Positions 42,257 to 51,538 are shown, counted from the first letter of the stretch. The stretch is 64,000 nt of DNA from an uncultured Acidobacteriota bacterium (GCA_913043225.1 CAJWLU010000006.1:45465-109464); one strand, 5' to 3'. Notes: generated by a model from the sequence alone, not told the origin. Translations and numbers: made by a program.

Positions 42257-43417
42257 ATGGAATGGGTGCGGGTGGTAGCCCTGGCGGCGTGCACTCTGGT
42301 CGGTCAGACGGCGGTCGCCGGACAGCTTCCAGACGACGCGCATCCCGTGTCGCGGAACCGGTTGCCACCCCTCGAGCGGCAGGACCTCGACCCGAGCCGA
42401 CACGAAGCGTTTGATGCGGTCATGCGTGCCGAGGGCCCGTCGGCGTCGGCTGCGCTTCGACTGCACGGCTCGGGGACCGATCTCCGATTCTCGGGTCCGC
42501 TCGGCCGGCCGCTGACCGAGGTGGCCATTCTGATCACGGCGCGCGAGATCGATCAGCTCTACGAGTGGGCGATGCACGAGCTGGACGGGCTGGCGGTGGG
42601 TGTGGACGAGGTGCTGATCGACATCATTCGGCACCGCGAGCCGCTCGACGGTGTGGGCGGGTCCGAGGCGGTCATCATGGAGGTGGGCCGGGAGCTGCTC
42701 TCGACCCATACCCTGAGCGCCGACACCTACGCGCGGGCCCTGGCTCGCCTGGGGCAGACCAACCTGGTCGACCTGATCGTGCTCATCGGCAACTACGTAT
42801 CGACCGGTGCCACGCTGACCGCGTTCAACCAGCAGATGCCGATGGGGTGGCGGCAGTCGCTCCCGTTGCCGTTCGCGCTGCCTGATGACATTCACGCTGA
42901 TTCACGGAACCGGCTACCGCTCAGGCCGGGGCCCTACCGCACGTCGGTGAATGCGCTCTACGGACGGATGGCATCACCGGGCGGGATCGGCCCGGGGCAG
43001 ATCCGCGCGTACGGCGAGGGGCGGGGGACGCTGGAGGATCGCGTCGGGCGGCGGACGATGATGCTGGCGATTCTGGCCACGGCCCGGGCGCACGACTCGC
43101 AATACGACTGGACGATGCACGAACCGCTGGCGCGTGAGGCGGGGGTAGAGCCTACTCTGATCGAGGCCATGCGCCTGGGTGAACGGCCTGCAGGCCTGGC
43201 CGAGGCTGACGACGCGCTGCTGGCGTTCGCCGAAGAGCTCTTCGACGACAACAACGTCTCGGCCGAGACGTATCGGCGGATGGAGACGGCCCTGGGCGTG
43301 CCCGACCTTGTCGACCTGGTCGCCCTGATGGGCGCCCATGCCGCCGACGCCGCGGTGCTTGCGGCGTTCGATCAACGGCTTCCGGAGGGCGTTGAACCGC
43401 GCCTGCCGACTCCGTAG
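42257..43417 (+). CDS. Tandem carboxymuconolactone-decarboxylase (AhpD-like) family protein, exported
   Basis: 386-aa ORF with a signal peptide (VALAACTLVGQTAVAGQ). Two internal repeats, each with ..TAR(E/A).D(Q/S).Y(E/D)W.MHE.. and ..LVDL(I/V).L(I/M)G.. segments, reminiscent of CMD/AhpD-like four-helix units. Confidence 0.6.
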   Translation: MEWVRVVALAACTLVGQTAVAGQLPDDAHPVSRNRLPPLERQDLDPSRHEAFDAVMRAEGPSASAALRLHGSGTDLRFSGPLGRPLTEVAILITAREIDQLYEWAMHELDGLAVGVDEVLIDIIRHREPLDGVGGSEAVIMEVGRELLSTHTLSADTYARALARLGQTNLVDLIVLIGNYVSTGATLTAFNQQMPMGWRQSLPLPFALPDDIHADSRNRLPLRPGPYRTSVNALYGRMASPGGIGPGQIRAYGEGRGTLEDRVGRRTMMLAILATARAHDSQYDWTMHEPLAREAGVEPTLIEAMRLGERPAGLAEADDALLAFAEELFDDNNVSAETYRRMETALGVPDLVDLVALMGAHAADAAVLAAFDQRLPEGVEPRLPTP

Positions 43418-43628
43418 CTTTCCAACGCTCCTGCAACAGAGCTCGCCTGAGGGTGTATCGGGGCAACGTCCTCCCGTTCGAGCAGCCGTAGTTTCTTGGT
43501 GATCCGCTCGTGTGGACGACGTTGTATCGTCGGTCACAGCCCACCTAGCTGCTCCCGCCTCGCCAAGAAGCTGCCTCCTGGCCCTTCATGCTGGCTCCTC
43601 TTTGGCAGTCCGCTCTCGGGCTGCCCGG

Positions 43629-43634
43629 TATAAT
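43629..43634 (+). promoter_or_regulatory. Candidate -10 box TATAAT (context CCGGTATAATCGGC)
   Basis: 52 nt upstream of ATG 43687. TTGGCA at 43602-43607 is -35-like, but the 21-nt spacing is too long. Confidence 0.4.
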
Positions 43635-43686
43635 CGGCAAGCCCAGAAGGGTGCCGTATCTTCCAGATTCTGAGAGAGGTGGAGCA

Positions 43687-44625
43687 ATGACCCGTGTCAT
43701 CGCCAGCGCCGTGGCGTTCAGTCTCGTGCTGCTGGGATTCGCTGGAGCGAGCGCAGCGCAGGACGGCCCGCGCCTGAACAAGGTGATCGAGCTGTTCGAG
43801 AGCGACGAAGCCGCGTTCGGCATCCTCTCATTCGACTACTCGCTCAACAACGCCCGCGCAATGGCGACCTCGGGGCTCGACTTTGTCTTCATCGACATGG
43901 AGCATGCGCCGTTCGACGTAGAGCGCCTGCGGCTGTTTCTCCTGGGGATGACCAACAAGCGCTCGATCCAGCAGAAGGGCAACCTTCAGCCGGACGTGAT
44001 GCCGTTTGTCCGGATTCCGGCGGCCGGGGGGGCCGAGGAGCTGGTGGCGCAAGTCAAGCAGGTGCTCGACGTCGGGGTGTATGGAGTGTTCTTCCCGGCG
44101 GTTCATACGCGAGAGGACGCGCTGCTCGCGGTGCGGGCGACTCGGTATCCTCAGTACAACGACGCGCCCGACTACGAACCGGCGGGGTTGCGCGGCAGGA
44201 ATCCGTCGAACGCCGCATGGTACTGGGGTGCCGGCGACTATCACGCGAAGGCGGATGTATGGCCCCTCGACCCGCAGGGTGAGCTGCTGGCGATGATGTT
44301 CATCGAGTCGGCGGAGGGTGTCGAGAACATCGATGAGATCGTCACCGTGCCTGGCCTGGGCGGGATCTTCATCGGTCCGTCGGACCTGAGTACCTCGATG
44401 GGTTACACGAATGCAGCGGCGCCCGAGGTCGAGGCGGCCATCCAGCGTGTGCTCCAGGCCTGCCTGGACAACGATGTGCCGTGCGCGATCACAACCGGAG
44501 CGGGTTCGGTCGAACAGCGGATCAACGAGGGCTTCCGGTTTGTCACCGTCGGTGCGGACGGTGGTCTGAACACGGGCGCCAGCACCGCCTTGCAGCGTGG
44601 TCGGGAGGCCGCCGGGCGCGACTAG
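43687..44625 (+). CDS. HpcH/HpaI-family aldolase with signal peptide
   Basis: ORF 43588-44625. ATG 43687 gives MTRVIASAVAFSLVLLGFAGASAAQ. The core GLDFVFIDMEHAPFD ... VRIP ... VKQVLDVGVYGVFFP ... FIESAEGVENIDEI ... IFIGPSDLS is typical of HpcH/HpaI aldolase/citrate-lyase-beta folds. Confidence 0.75.
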   Translation: MTRVIASAVAFSLVLLGFAGASAAQDGPRLNKVIELFESDEAAFGILSFDYSLNNARAMATSGLDFVFIDMEHAPFDVERLRLFLLGMTNKRSIQQKGNLQPDVMPFVRIPAAGGAEELVAQVKQVLDVGVYGVFFPAVHTREDALLAVRATRYPQYNDAPDYEPAGLRGRNPSNAAWYWGAGDYHAKADVWPLDPQGELLAMMFIESAEGVENIDEIVTVPGLGGIFIGPSDLSTSMGYTNAAAPEVEAAIQRVLQACLDNDVPCAITTGAGSVEQRINEGFRFVTVGADGGLNTGASTALQRGREAAGRD

Positions 44626-44641
44626 GCCGGTTGACCGGACG

Positions 44642-45023
44642 ATGAGGACGAAGAAGAGAGGCCCGAACCGGCGCGATTTCTTGAAGACCTCGGTGGCGGC
44701 CGGGCTGGGCTCTGGCGCTATGGCCGGGGCGTGCGCACCGGTGGCGGAGACGGCGCACAGGAGGTCGTCTGGGACTATGAGGCCGAACACCACCGCTGGC
44801 CCGGGCTCGCTTCGACCGGGAGTGGGAAGGACGGTCGCTGGGTGCGTTGTCTACCTACACTCAGACCAGGATGCCCGAAGAAAACCCCGAGTCGCTCGCC
44901 GACCAGGAGGTGGCCGACGTCATCGCCTACATGCTGTCGGTGGGTGGCAAGCCGACGGGAAGCGAGGAGCTTCCGGCCGACGCCGCTAGCCTGAGCGGCA
45001 TCGTGTTCGCGACGAAGCCGTAG
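44642..45023 (+). pseudogene. Gene remnant: intact twin-arginine leader joined out of frame to the C-terminal end of a cytochrome c domain
   Basis: The frame from ATG 44642 reads MRTKKRGPNRRDFLKTSVAAGLGSGAMAGA, then Arg-rich nonsense. A different frame (44781-45023) reads ..PPLARARFDREWEGRSLGALSTYTQTRMPEENPESLADQEVADVIAYMLSVGGKPTGSEELPADAASL..*. This is the W.G.sl..L..yi...MP...p.sLsd.e..dviAYlL tail of class I-like cytochrome c domains. No CXXCH occurs in any frame. Confidence 0.4.
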
Positions 45024-45032
45024 CTCGCCGAG

Positions 45033-46304
45033 CTACCCGAGTCCACCCAGGAACTCGAGCAACAGCTCGCTCGTCACCTCGGCCTGCTCCTGCTGGACCC
45101 AGTGACCGGCGCCATCGACCAGATGGACCGCCCGCATGTCCGTACAGTTCCGCTCCTGCATCCGCTCGAACGCTCCTGGGCTCTGGTAGGTACCCCAGTC
45201 TGAGGCGCCGCTGATGAACATCGACGGCTGGTCGATGGTCCGCCCCGCATAGAGCTCGACCTCTTCACGGCCGACCCGGTTGCTGCCCATCCGGTAGCCG
45301 TTGAGCCCACCCTGGAACCCGGTCCGCCCGTATTCCTCGGCGTAGACTGCCAGGGCCGTTTCGGGCAGCCAGGTGTTGGCCGCGATGTGGGCGGCCGAGG
45401 GCATCTCGTTGGCCACCGTTTCGGCCATTCCCTGGTCGAGCTGCATGATGTAGTAGTTGGGCATCTTGGCCCACTCGCTCGCGGTGCGGGCGGCGAGTCG
45501 ATACGGCTTGTTGTCTTCCCAGTCGGCGCTCTTGAAGTGGTAGTAGCCGCGCATGAACGCGTGCACGCCCTGCGGCGCCCGCCACATGTTGTCGTTGGCT
45601 CCGCGTGTCGTGTAGTAGCGCTGATAGTGCTTCCGGGGCTGCGGCAAGGCGGCGAGGTCGTCGTAGATGCTCGAGCCACGCGCGCCGCCATCCTCGCGGG
45701 GCGGATCGTCGGCGGTGTCGAACGGCAGCGAAGGCGTGCCCCCAGTGGGCGCGCTCATCATCACGACGGCCGGGAAGACGTCTGGACGGGCGATGCCGCA
45801 CCAGGCCGCCAGCGGCGAGCCGGCGTCGTGGCCGATCACGGCAGCCAGGGAGCGGTGGCCGAACGCTAGCACCACGCCGAGCGCGTCGCGCACCTTGTTC
45901 AGCGTGCGAAAGGGCGCCAGGTCGGTGTCGTAGTCGGGGCTCCACCCCGTAGTGCGGCCATAGCCGCGCACGTCGGGCACCATGACGTGGTAGCCGGCCT
46001 CAGCGAGCGGGACCATCACGTTCCGCCAGCTGTAGGCCAGTTCGGGAAAGCCGTGGAGGAGGAGCAGTCCGGGCTGGTCTCGATTGCCGGCTTCGAGCAC
46101 GTGCACCCGCAAACCGTTGACGTTCTCGACGAAGCGTGACCGCACGCCGTCGGGCAGCCAGGACGAGGGATAGGGATCCAGGCGTACGCCTGGCCCGGTA
46201 GGCTGGGCGCCCGCTTCCCTGACCGCCAGGCCGGAGCCGAGGCTGGCCAGCGCGACGCCGGCGGACGACAGCTTCATTAGTTCGCGTCGTGAGAATTCGC
46301 TCAT
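45033..46304 (-). CDS. Epoxide-hydrolase/haloalkane-dehalogenase-type alpha/beta hydrolase, exported
   Basis: ORF 45033-46403(-). ATG 46304 (GAGG upstream) gives MSEFSRRELMKLSSAGVALASLGSGLAVREAGAQ. LLLLHGFPELAYSWRN (HGxP) and Asp nucleophile context VIGHDAGS. Confidence 0.85.
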   Translation of the reverse strand: MSEFSRRELMKLSSAGVALASLGSGLAVREAGAQPTGPGVRLDPYPSSWLPDGVRSRFVENVNGLRVHVLEAGNRDQPGLLLLHGFPELAYSWRNVMVPLAEAGYHVMVPDVRGYGRTTGWSPDYDTDLAPFRTLNKVRDALGVVLAFGHRSLAAVIGHDAGSPLAAWCGIARPDVFPAVVMMSAPTGGTPSLPFDTADDPPREDGGARGSSIYDDLAALPQPRKHYQRYYTTRGANDNMWRAPQGVHAFMRGYYHFKSADWEDNKPYRLAARTASEWAKMPNYYIMQLDQGMAETVANEMPSAAHIAANTWLPETALAVYAEEYGRTGFQGGLNGYRMGSNRVGREEVELYAGRTIDQPSMFISGASDWGTYQSPGAFERMQERNCTDMRAVHLVDGAGHWVQQEQAEVTSELLLEFLGGLG

Positions 46305-46314
46305 GGCAGTGCCT

Positions 46315-47538
46315 CTATGGCGCGGGCTCGATTCTGAGCACCGCGCCGTCCTGCATGTCGGTGGTGAGATAGAGGTAGCCGTCCGGGCCCTGCTTGACGT
46401 CACGGATCCGTTGACCGAGGGTGGCGAACAGCGTTTCTCGGCGGCGCTCCAGGTTGTTGGCGTTGAACTGGATGCGAGAAACCTGCCGTCCGATCAGGCC
46501 TCCCACAAACAGGTCGCCGGTCCACTCGGGAAACTGGTCGCCGGTATAGAAGGCCATGCCGGCGATGGCGATCGACGGGGTGTAGTAGAGAAACGGCTCC
46601 TCCATCCCCGGCGCCGACGTGGGTGGCTGCACCGTAGGGGGCGGGAGACCCGAGCGCGCCCCTTCCGGATCGCTCGAATACGCTCGCCCGTAGGTCACGA
46701 CCGGCCAGCCATAGTTCAGGCCCGGTCGGATGACGTTGACCTCGTCGCCACCCTGAGGGCCGTTCTCTGTCTCCCACAACTGCCCGGTCTCAGGGTGGAA
46801 GGCCATGCCGATGGCGTTTCGGATGCCCAGGACGTAGAGCTCTGGCAGATGGCCAGGTTCGTTCAAGAACGGGTTGTCGTCGGGAATCGACCCGTCGTCG
46901 TTCAGGCGAAGGAGTTTCCCGCCGTGGTGCTGCGGGTCCTGCGCCCAGCCGGTCTCGCCGGCCACGGTGCCGAACCCCGGGGCGCCGATCGCCACGAACA
47001 GCTTGTCGTCGGGGCCGAAGATGGCGCGGATGGCTGATGGTCCGTCGGTCCAGGACACGGACTCGAAGATCTGCTCGGTGTCGACCAGCCGATGCCCGTC
47101 GAGCCGCCCGCGGTGGATCACGGCCGTCTGGACCCTTGGGTCATCCGGCTTCGGCGTCCAGAAGCTGACGTAGACCAGGCCGTTGTCCTCGAAGCGTGGA
47201 TGGACCGTGACATCGACGCCAGCGGTGTCCCGTCGTTGGCTGGTGATGGGCGCCGGGAGGCCGATGATGGGGGTGGGGTCGAGCGCGTCGTTGCTGATAC
47301 GACGGAGCGCCGACGTATTCTGCTCGGTCACCAGCAGGTCGCCATCAGGCAGGAAAGCGAGCGCCCAGGGATAGGTGAGGCCCTTGATCGGAACGACCCG
47401 CACCGGGCCGGTCTGGGTCGCCACTATCTGCGGTTCGTCAGGGAGCGCCGGTTGCGCCAGGACGGAGGCGGCGAGAAGGAGTCCGCCGAACGACACGGCG
47501 GTCACGATGACGGTGCGAAGTCGGGACTGGGTGGCCAT
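46315..47538 (-). CDS. Soluble PQQ-dependent sugar (glucose/sorbosone) dehydrogenase, 6-bladed propeller type
   Basis: 407-aa ORF with a signal peptide. LTYPWALAFLPDGDLLVTEQ, HHGGKLLRLNDDGSIPDDNPF, GIRNAIGMAFHPETGQLWETENGPQGGDEVN and GLNYGWP are hallmarks I associate with GDH-B/sorbosone dehydrogenases. Confidence 0.85.
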   Translation of the reverse strand: MATQSRLRTVIVTAVSFGGLLLAASVLAQPALPDEPQIVATQTGPVRVVPIKGLTYPWALAFLPDGDLLVTEQNTSALRRISNDALDPTPIIGLPAPITSQRRDTAGVDVTVHPRFEDNGLVYVSFWTPKPDDPRVQTAVIHRGRLDGHRLVDTEQIFESVSWTDGPSAIRAIFGPDDKLFVAIGAPGFGTVAGETGWAQDPQHHGGKLLRLNDDGSIPDDNPFLNEPGHLPELYVLGIRNAIGMAFHPETGQLWETENGPQGGDEVNVIRPGLNYGWPVVTYGRAYSSDPEGARSGLPPPTVQPPTSAPGMEEPFLYYTPSIAIAGMAFYTGDQFPEWTGDLFVGGLIGRQVSRIQFNANNLERRRETLFATLGQRIRDVKQGPDGYLYLTTDMQDGAVLRIEPAP

Positions 47539-47548
47539 ATGCTCCTCG

Positions 47549-49831
47549 CTACTTCAGGGCCTCGAGTCGCGCCGGCACCGATTTGTGCCACGGCGTGCCG
47601 ACGAAAGGGTCGCGGTCTTCGGCGGCCGTCAACTCGTTTGGCGCCGCGCCCGCCTGTTGGCGGGTCCCGTCGTCCTGAGGATAGTCGACGCCGAGCCCGT
47701 TGGGCAGAGCCAGCTGGCCCACCTGCATCCGGTCCGAGCTCTCGACCCGCACCTCGACCGTACCCCGTCGGGTCACGAGCCGCGCCACACCGCCGTCGTC
47801 GAGGCCAAGTCGGGTCAGATCGTCCGGGTGTACGCGCAAGGCACCCTCGGCGTCTCGACCACGCCAGGCGGGATTCCGGTTGATCGTGTTGGCTGTGAAG
47901 GCACGCCGCTCGCCGGCGGCCAGGACGAACGGGAAGCCGTCGTCCCGGGACGGCGGCGCTTCCGAATGGAGGCGGTTCAGCTCGACGAGCAGCTCCGGAA
48001 TCACCGCCTGGATCTTCCCGTCAGGCGTGCCGAGGCGTTCCCAACTGACCGCGTGGTCGTCGCGGGTAAAGACGAAGCCGGATGGGCTCGTCAGGATGGC
48101 CTCGAACAGCGCCTCGCCCAGCGCGAAGGCGTCCTTCCCCTTGATGCCGGCTCGTCGAATCGAGTCGGGGTACTTCCGGGCGCACTCGTGCGCGAGCGGC
48201 CAGAGGAGCGCGGCCGAGTCGAGTCCCTCGGGGAGCGTCTCGCCCAGCGTGCGGTAGAGCAGCGCCGGCGCCAGCCAGCGCATGTCAGGGCGCTCCGCGG
48301 CGGCGCTCTGGAACAGCTCCGCGAACGCGGGACGCCCGCCGGCCTGCAGCGCGTCTCGCAACCCGGCCACGAGCTCGGTCGGTATCGCATTCATCGCCTC
48401 GGCCAGCCGGGCATGGATCTCGGCTTCGGGAAGGACTGACTCGGGTGCCGGAAACAGCGGATGGCGCAGATGAAACGAATTGTCGGGCAACTCCGAGGTG
48501 AAGAAGGTGGCCTCCGCCTTCTCATACTGGGTGGCGGTCGGCAGCACGTACTCGGCCTCGCGCGCCGTCTCGGTCATGGCGACGTCGATGACCACGGTGA
48601 ACTCGAGGGCCCGAAGCGCTTCGCGCATTTTCTGGCTGTCGGCCAGCGAATGCGCCGGGTTGGCGCTCTCGACAATCATCGCGCGGTAACGGTCCGGGTG
48701 GTCGGTGAGAATCTCTTCGGGGATGACGTTGCAGGGGACCAGACCCGAGATGATTGGTGCCCCGGCCACCGGCGTAGTGCGGGCGGAACGTCCACCGGCC
48801 AGCGCACGGATGTGGCTGGGCACGACCTGCGAGCCCTGCTTCCCGAAGCTGCCGGTCACAATCCAGAGCAGCCGATGCAGATAGCTGACGAGGGTGGAGT
48901 GCCGGTTCATCTGCACGCCCAGGTCCTCGAACAACGCCAGCCGGTCAGCGCCGGCCATCACTCGCGCCGCGCGCCGGACCAGCGCCTTGTCCAGGCCGCA
49001 GCGCTGGCAGGCGTCGGCGATGGACACGCGTTCGAGGGCCGGACGGACCGCATCGAACCCGATGGTGTGCTCGGTAAGCCAGTGCTCGTCGACGAGCCGC
49101 TCGTCGAGGATCACCCCCAGCAGCGCCTGGAGCAGCCAGGCGTCGGTGCCCGGTCGCACGGCCAGGTGGATGTCGGCCAGCTCGGCGGTCTCGGTGCGAA
49201 CCGGGTCGATCACGATCATCTGGCGCTCGGGGTCGCGGGCGATCTCCTTGAGCACGGCGCGGGCACGGGCGATGCTGTGTGACTGCCACGGGTTCTTGCC
49301 CAGGAACACCGCCACGTCACAGCGCTCGAAGTCGCCCCGGGCGTGGGCGCCGAACATTTCGTGGCTGACCCAGAACTCGCCGGTCTTCTCCTGAGCCAAG
49401 GCGTTCGAGCGATAGCGAACGCCTAGCGCCCCGCGGGTCGTGGTGGCGTAGCCACCCGGGAAGTGGTTGCCCTGTCCGCCGCCGCCGTAATAGAGAATCG
49501 ACGTGCCGCTGTGGGTGTCACGCACCGCCTGGAGTCGGTCGGCCACCTCGCGGATGGCCGTCTCCCAGCCCACCGGCTCGAAATCACCATCGGCGCGGCG
49601 CCGCATCGGAGAGAGCAGCCGGTCGCGGTTGTTCTGGTAGTGGTCGAGCGTGCCCGCCTTCTGACACAGGTACCCCCGTGACGAGGGGTGCGCGCGATCG
49701 CCGCGAATGCGCTCGAGCACGCGGCCGTCGTCGCCCCCGAGCTGCACCTCGACCCCGCAATTACATTCACAGAGGATGCAGGCGGTTGGTTTCCAGTCGC
49801 TCACGAGAGGGTCTCCCGGGTCGCGTGACAA
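47549..49831 (-). CDS. Molybdopterin (bis-MGD) oxidoreductase catalytic subunit, cytoplasmic
   Basis: 760-aa ORF with no signal peptide. N-terminal 4Fe-4S cluster motif ACILCECNCGV...YLCQKAG. Length and layout are typical of MopB-superfamily enzymes. No in-frame TGA. Confidence 0.85.
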   Translation of the reverse strand: MSRDPGDPLVSDWKPTACILCECNCGVEVQLGGDDGRVLERIRGDRAHPSSRGYLCQKAGTLDHYQNNRDRLLSPMRRRADGDFEPVGWETAIREVADRLQAVRDTHSGTSILYYGGGGQGNHFPGGYATTTRGALGVRYRSNALAQEKTGEFWVSHEMFGAHARGDFERCDVAVFLGKNPWQSHSIARARAVLKEIARDPERQMIVIDPVRTETAELADIHLAVRPGTDAWLLQALLGVILDERLVDEHWLTEHTIGFDAVRPALERVSIADACQRCGLDKALVRRAARVMAGADRLALFEDLGVQMNRHSTLVSYLHRLLWIVTGSFGKQGSQVVPSHIRALAGGRSARTTPVAGAPIISGLVPCNVIPEEILTDHPDRYRAMIVESANPAHSLADSQKMREALRALEFTVVIDVAMTETAREAEYVLPTATQYEKAEATFFTSELPDNSFHLRHPLFPAPESVLPEAEIHARLAEAMNAIPTELVAGLRDALQAGGRPAFAELFQSAAAERPDMRWLAPALLYRTLGETLPEGLDSAALLWPLAHECARKYPDSIRRAGIKGKDAFALGEALFEAILTSPSGFVFTRDDHAVSWERLGTPDGKIQAVIPELLVELNRLHSEAPPSRDDGFPFVLAAGERRAFTANTINRNPAWRGRDAEGALRVHPDDLTRLGLDDGGVARLVTRRGTVEVRVESSDRMQVGQLALPNGLGVDYPQDDGTRQQAGAAPNELTAAEDRDPFVGTPWHKSVPARLEALK

Positions 49832-49864
49832 AGAGGCACGCCGGCCGAGAGTATCACCACCCGC

Positions 49865-49876
49865 CTGATACCATCT
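49865..49876 (+). promoter_or_regulatory. Candidate extended -10 element CTGATACCATCT, partly within a 7-bp hairpin
   Basis: Same 12-mer as at 15257, 42 nt upstream of ATG 49919. CCATCTC (49871-49877) pairs with GAGATGG (49884-49890). Confidence 0.3.
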
Positions 49877-49918
49877 CCCAAACGAGATGGCCCGGACGGG
49901 CTACAGAAAGGTTGACCC

Positions 49919-51538
49919 ATGGCGAAGGCGCGTTCATTGACGGCAGTCACTCTCGGCGGGGCGATCGTGGTCGCCGCATGCGGTTCCGAGCCGGCGTCGG
50001 CGCCGGAACTGGTCATTGAGGCAGGACAGGTCACCGTGGCTCAAGGCCTGGCGGACGGCGTGCCGTCCGACCGGGATCCCAACGTCTGGGTGTATCGTGG
50101 ACTGCCGTTCGCTGCGCCGCCGGTGGGCGATCTGCGCTGGCGTCCGCCAGAGCCGTCGTCGGAATGGACCGGGGTCCGCGATGCCTCGGCCGCCGGGGCC
50201 TCCTGCATCCAGGTGAACGCCCAGGCGTCGAACGCCGCGTTCTATGACGCAGGGGTGGAGGAGACGTCCGAAGACTGCTTGTATCTGAACGTCTGGACAG
50301 CGGCCTCGTCGGGAGATGCGTTGCCGGTGCTCGTGTGGATTCATGGGGGTGGTCTGAGGATCGGGAACGGGGCGGACAGTTCCTATGACGGGGCCGCGCT
50401 GGCGGGGCGTGGGGCGGTCGTGGTGACCATCAACTACCGGATGGGCGCGCTCGGGTATCTGGCGCATCCCTTGCTCAGCGAAGAGTCGGCGCACGGGGCG
50501 TCGGGGAACTACGGGGTTCTTGACCAGATCGCTGCGTTGCGGTGGATTCAGGACAACATCGCGGCGTTCGGGGGGGATCCGAACCGGGTAACCATCTTCG
50601 GTGAGTCGGCCGGTGCCTGGAGCGTGAACTACGTGACCGCATCGCCGCTGGCGGCGGGCCTGGTGCATGGAGCGATCGGACAGAGCGGAGGCAACTTCGG
50701 CCCGGCCGGTTCCATACCGAAGGCGACCGCCGAAGCGGCTGGGGGGCGTTTCGTCGAGGCGCTCCTCGGAGAGGGCACCGAGGTCACCTTGGCGGCGATG
50801 CGGGCCGCGAGCGCGGAGGAGGTGCTGGGTGTGCCGATGCCTCTGAGCCGCGCCACGGTTGACGGCTGGGTGTTTCCGGCGTCGATCTACGAGATCTTCG
50901 CGGCGGGAAACCAGATGGACATCCCCGTCATTGTCGGTTCGAACGCTGACGAAGGAACGATGTTCACGCCGCCCGAGGTTGAGCCGGAGGCGTATCGCGC
51001 CGGGCTCGGAGGGCAGTTCGGCGATCTTGGCGACGAGTTTCTTGCAACCTATCCGGCCGGAGACACCGATGAGGCATGGGCGAGCCAGGTCGGGCTCTTC
51101 ACCGACACGACTTTCGGCTGGGAGATGCGAACCTGGGCGCGCATGATGGCGACGGTGCCGTCAGACGCCTACCTGTACTTCTTCAGCCGGAAGCCGCCGA
51201 CCGCCGAAGGCGATCCCTTTGCCCACTACGGGGCGTATCACACGGCGGAGATACCGTACGTCTTCGACAATTTCGGGGTGAGCGAGTCGCCGCACGCGGA
51301 CCGTGCGTGGGACGACACGGACCGCGAGCTATCGAATGTGCTGGCGTCCTACTGGGTGAACTTCGCGGCCACCGGGGATCCCAACGGTGAAGGACTCCCC
51401 GAGTGGCCTGCGTTCGATGCGAATGCCGACGAGGCGCTCGAGATCGGCGACACCATCCAGGTCCGCGCCGGCGTCAGGAAGGCGCGTCTCGACCTCGTAG
51501 ACAAGCACTACGCCGTTTTACGTGCTGCGGCACCCTGA
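49919..51538 (+). CDS. Type-B carboxylesterase/lipase, lipoprotein
   Basis: 539-aa ORF. Leader MAKARSLTAVTLGGAIVVAAC. EDCLYLNVWT, VWIHGGGL and nucleophile elbow FGESAGA. Confidence 0.88.
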   Translation: MAKARSLTAVTLGGAIVVAACGSEPASAPELVIEAGQVTVAQGLADGVPSDRDPNVWVYRGLPFAAPPVGDLRWRPPEPSSEWTGVRDASAAGASCIQVNAQASNAAFYDAGVEETSEDCLYLNVWTAASSGDALPVLVWIHGGGLRIGNGADSSYDGAALAGRGAVVVTINYRMGALGYLAHPLLSEESAHGASGNYGVLDQIAALRWIQDNIAAFGGDPNRVTIFGESAGAWSVNYVTASPLAAGLVHGAIGQSGGNFGPAGSIPKATAEAAGGRFVEALLGEGTEVTLAAMRAASAEEVLGVPMPLSRATVDGWVFPASIYEIFAAGNQMDIPVIVGSNADEGTMFTPPEVEPEAYRAGLGGQFGDLGDEFLATYPAGDTDEAWASQVGLFTDTTFGWEMRTWARMMATVPSDAYLYFFSRKPPTAEGDPFAHYGAYHTAEIPYVFDNFGVSESPHADRAWDDTDRELSNVLASYWVNFAATGDPNGEGLPEWPAFDANADEALEIGDTIQVRAGVRKARLDLVDKHYAVLRAAAP

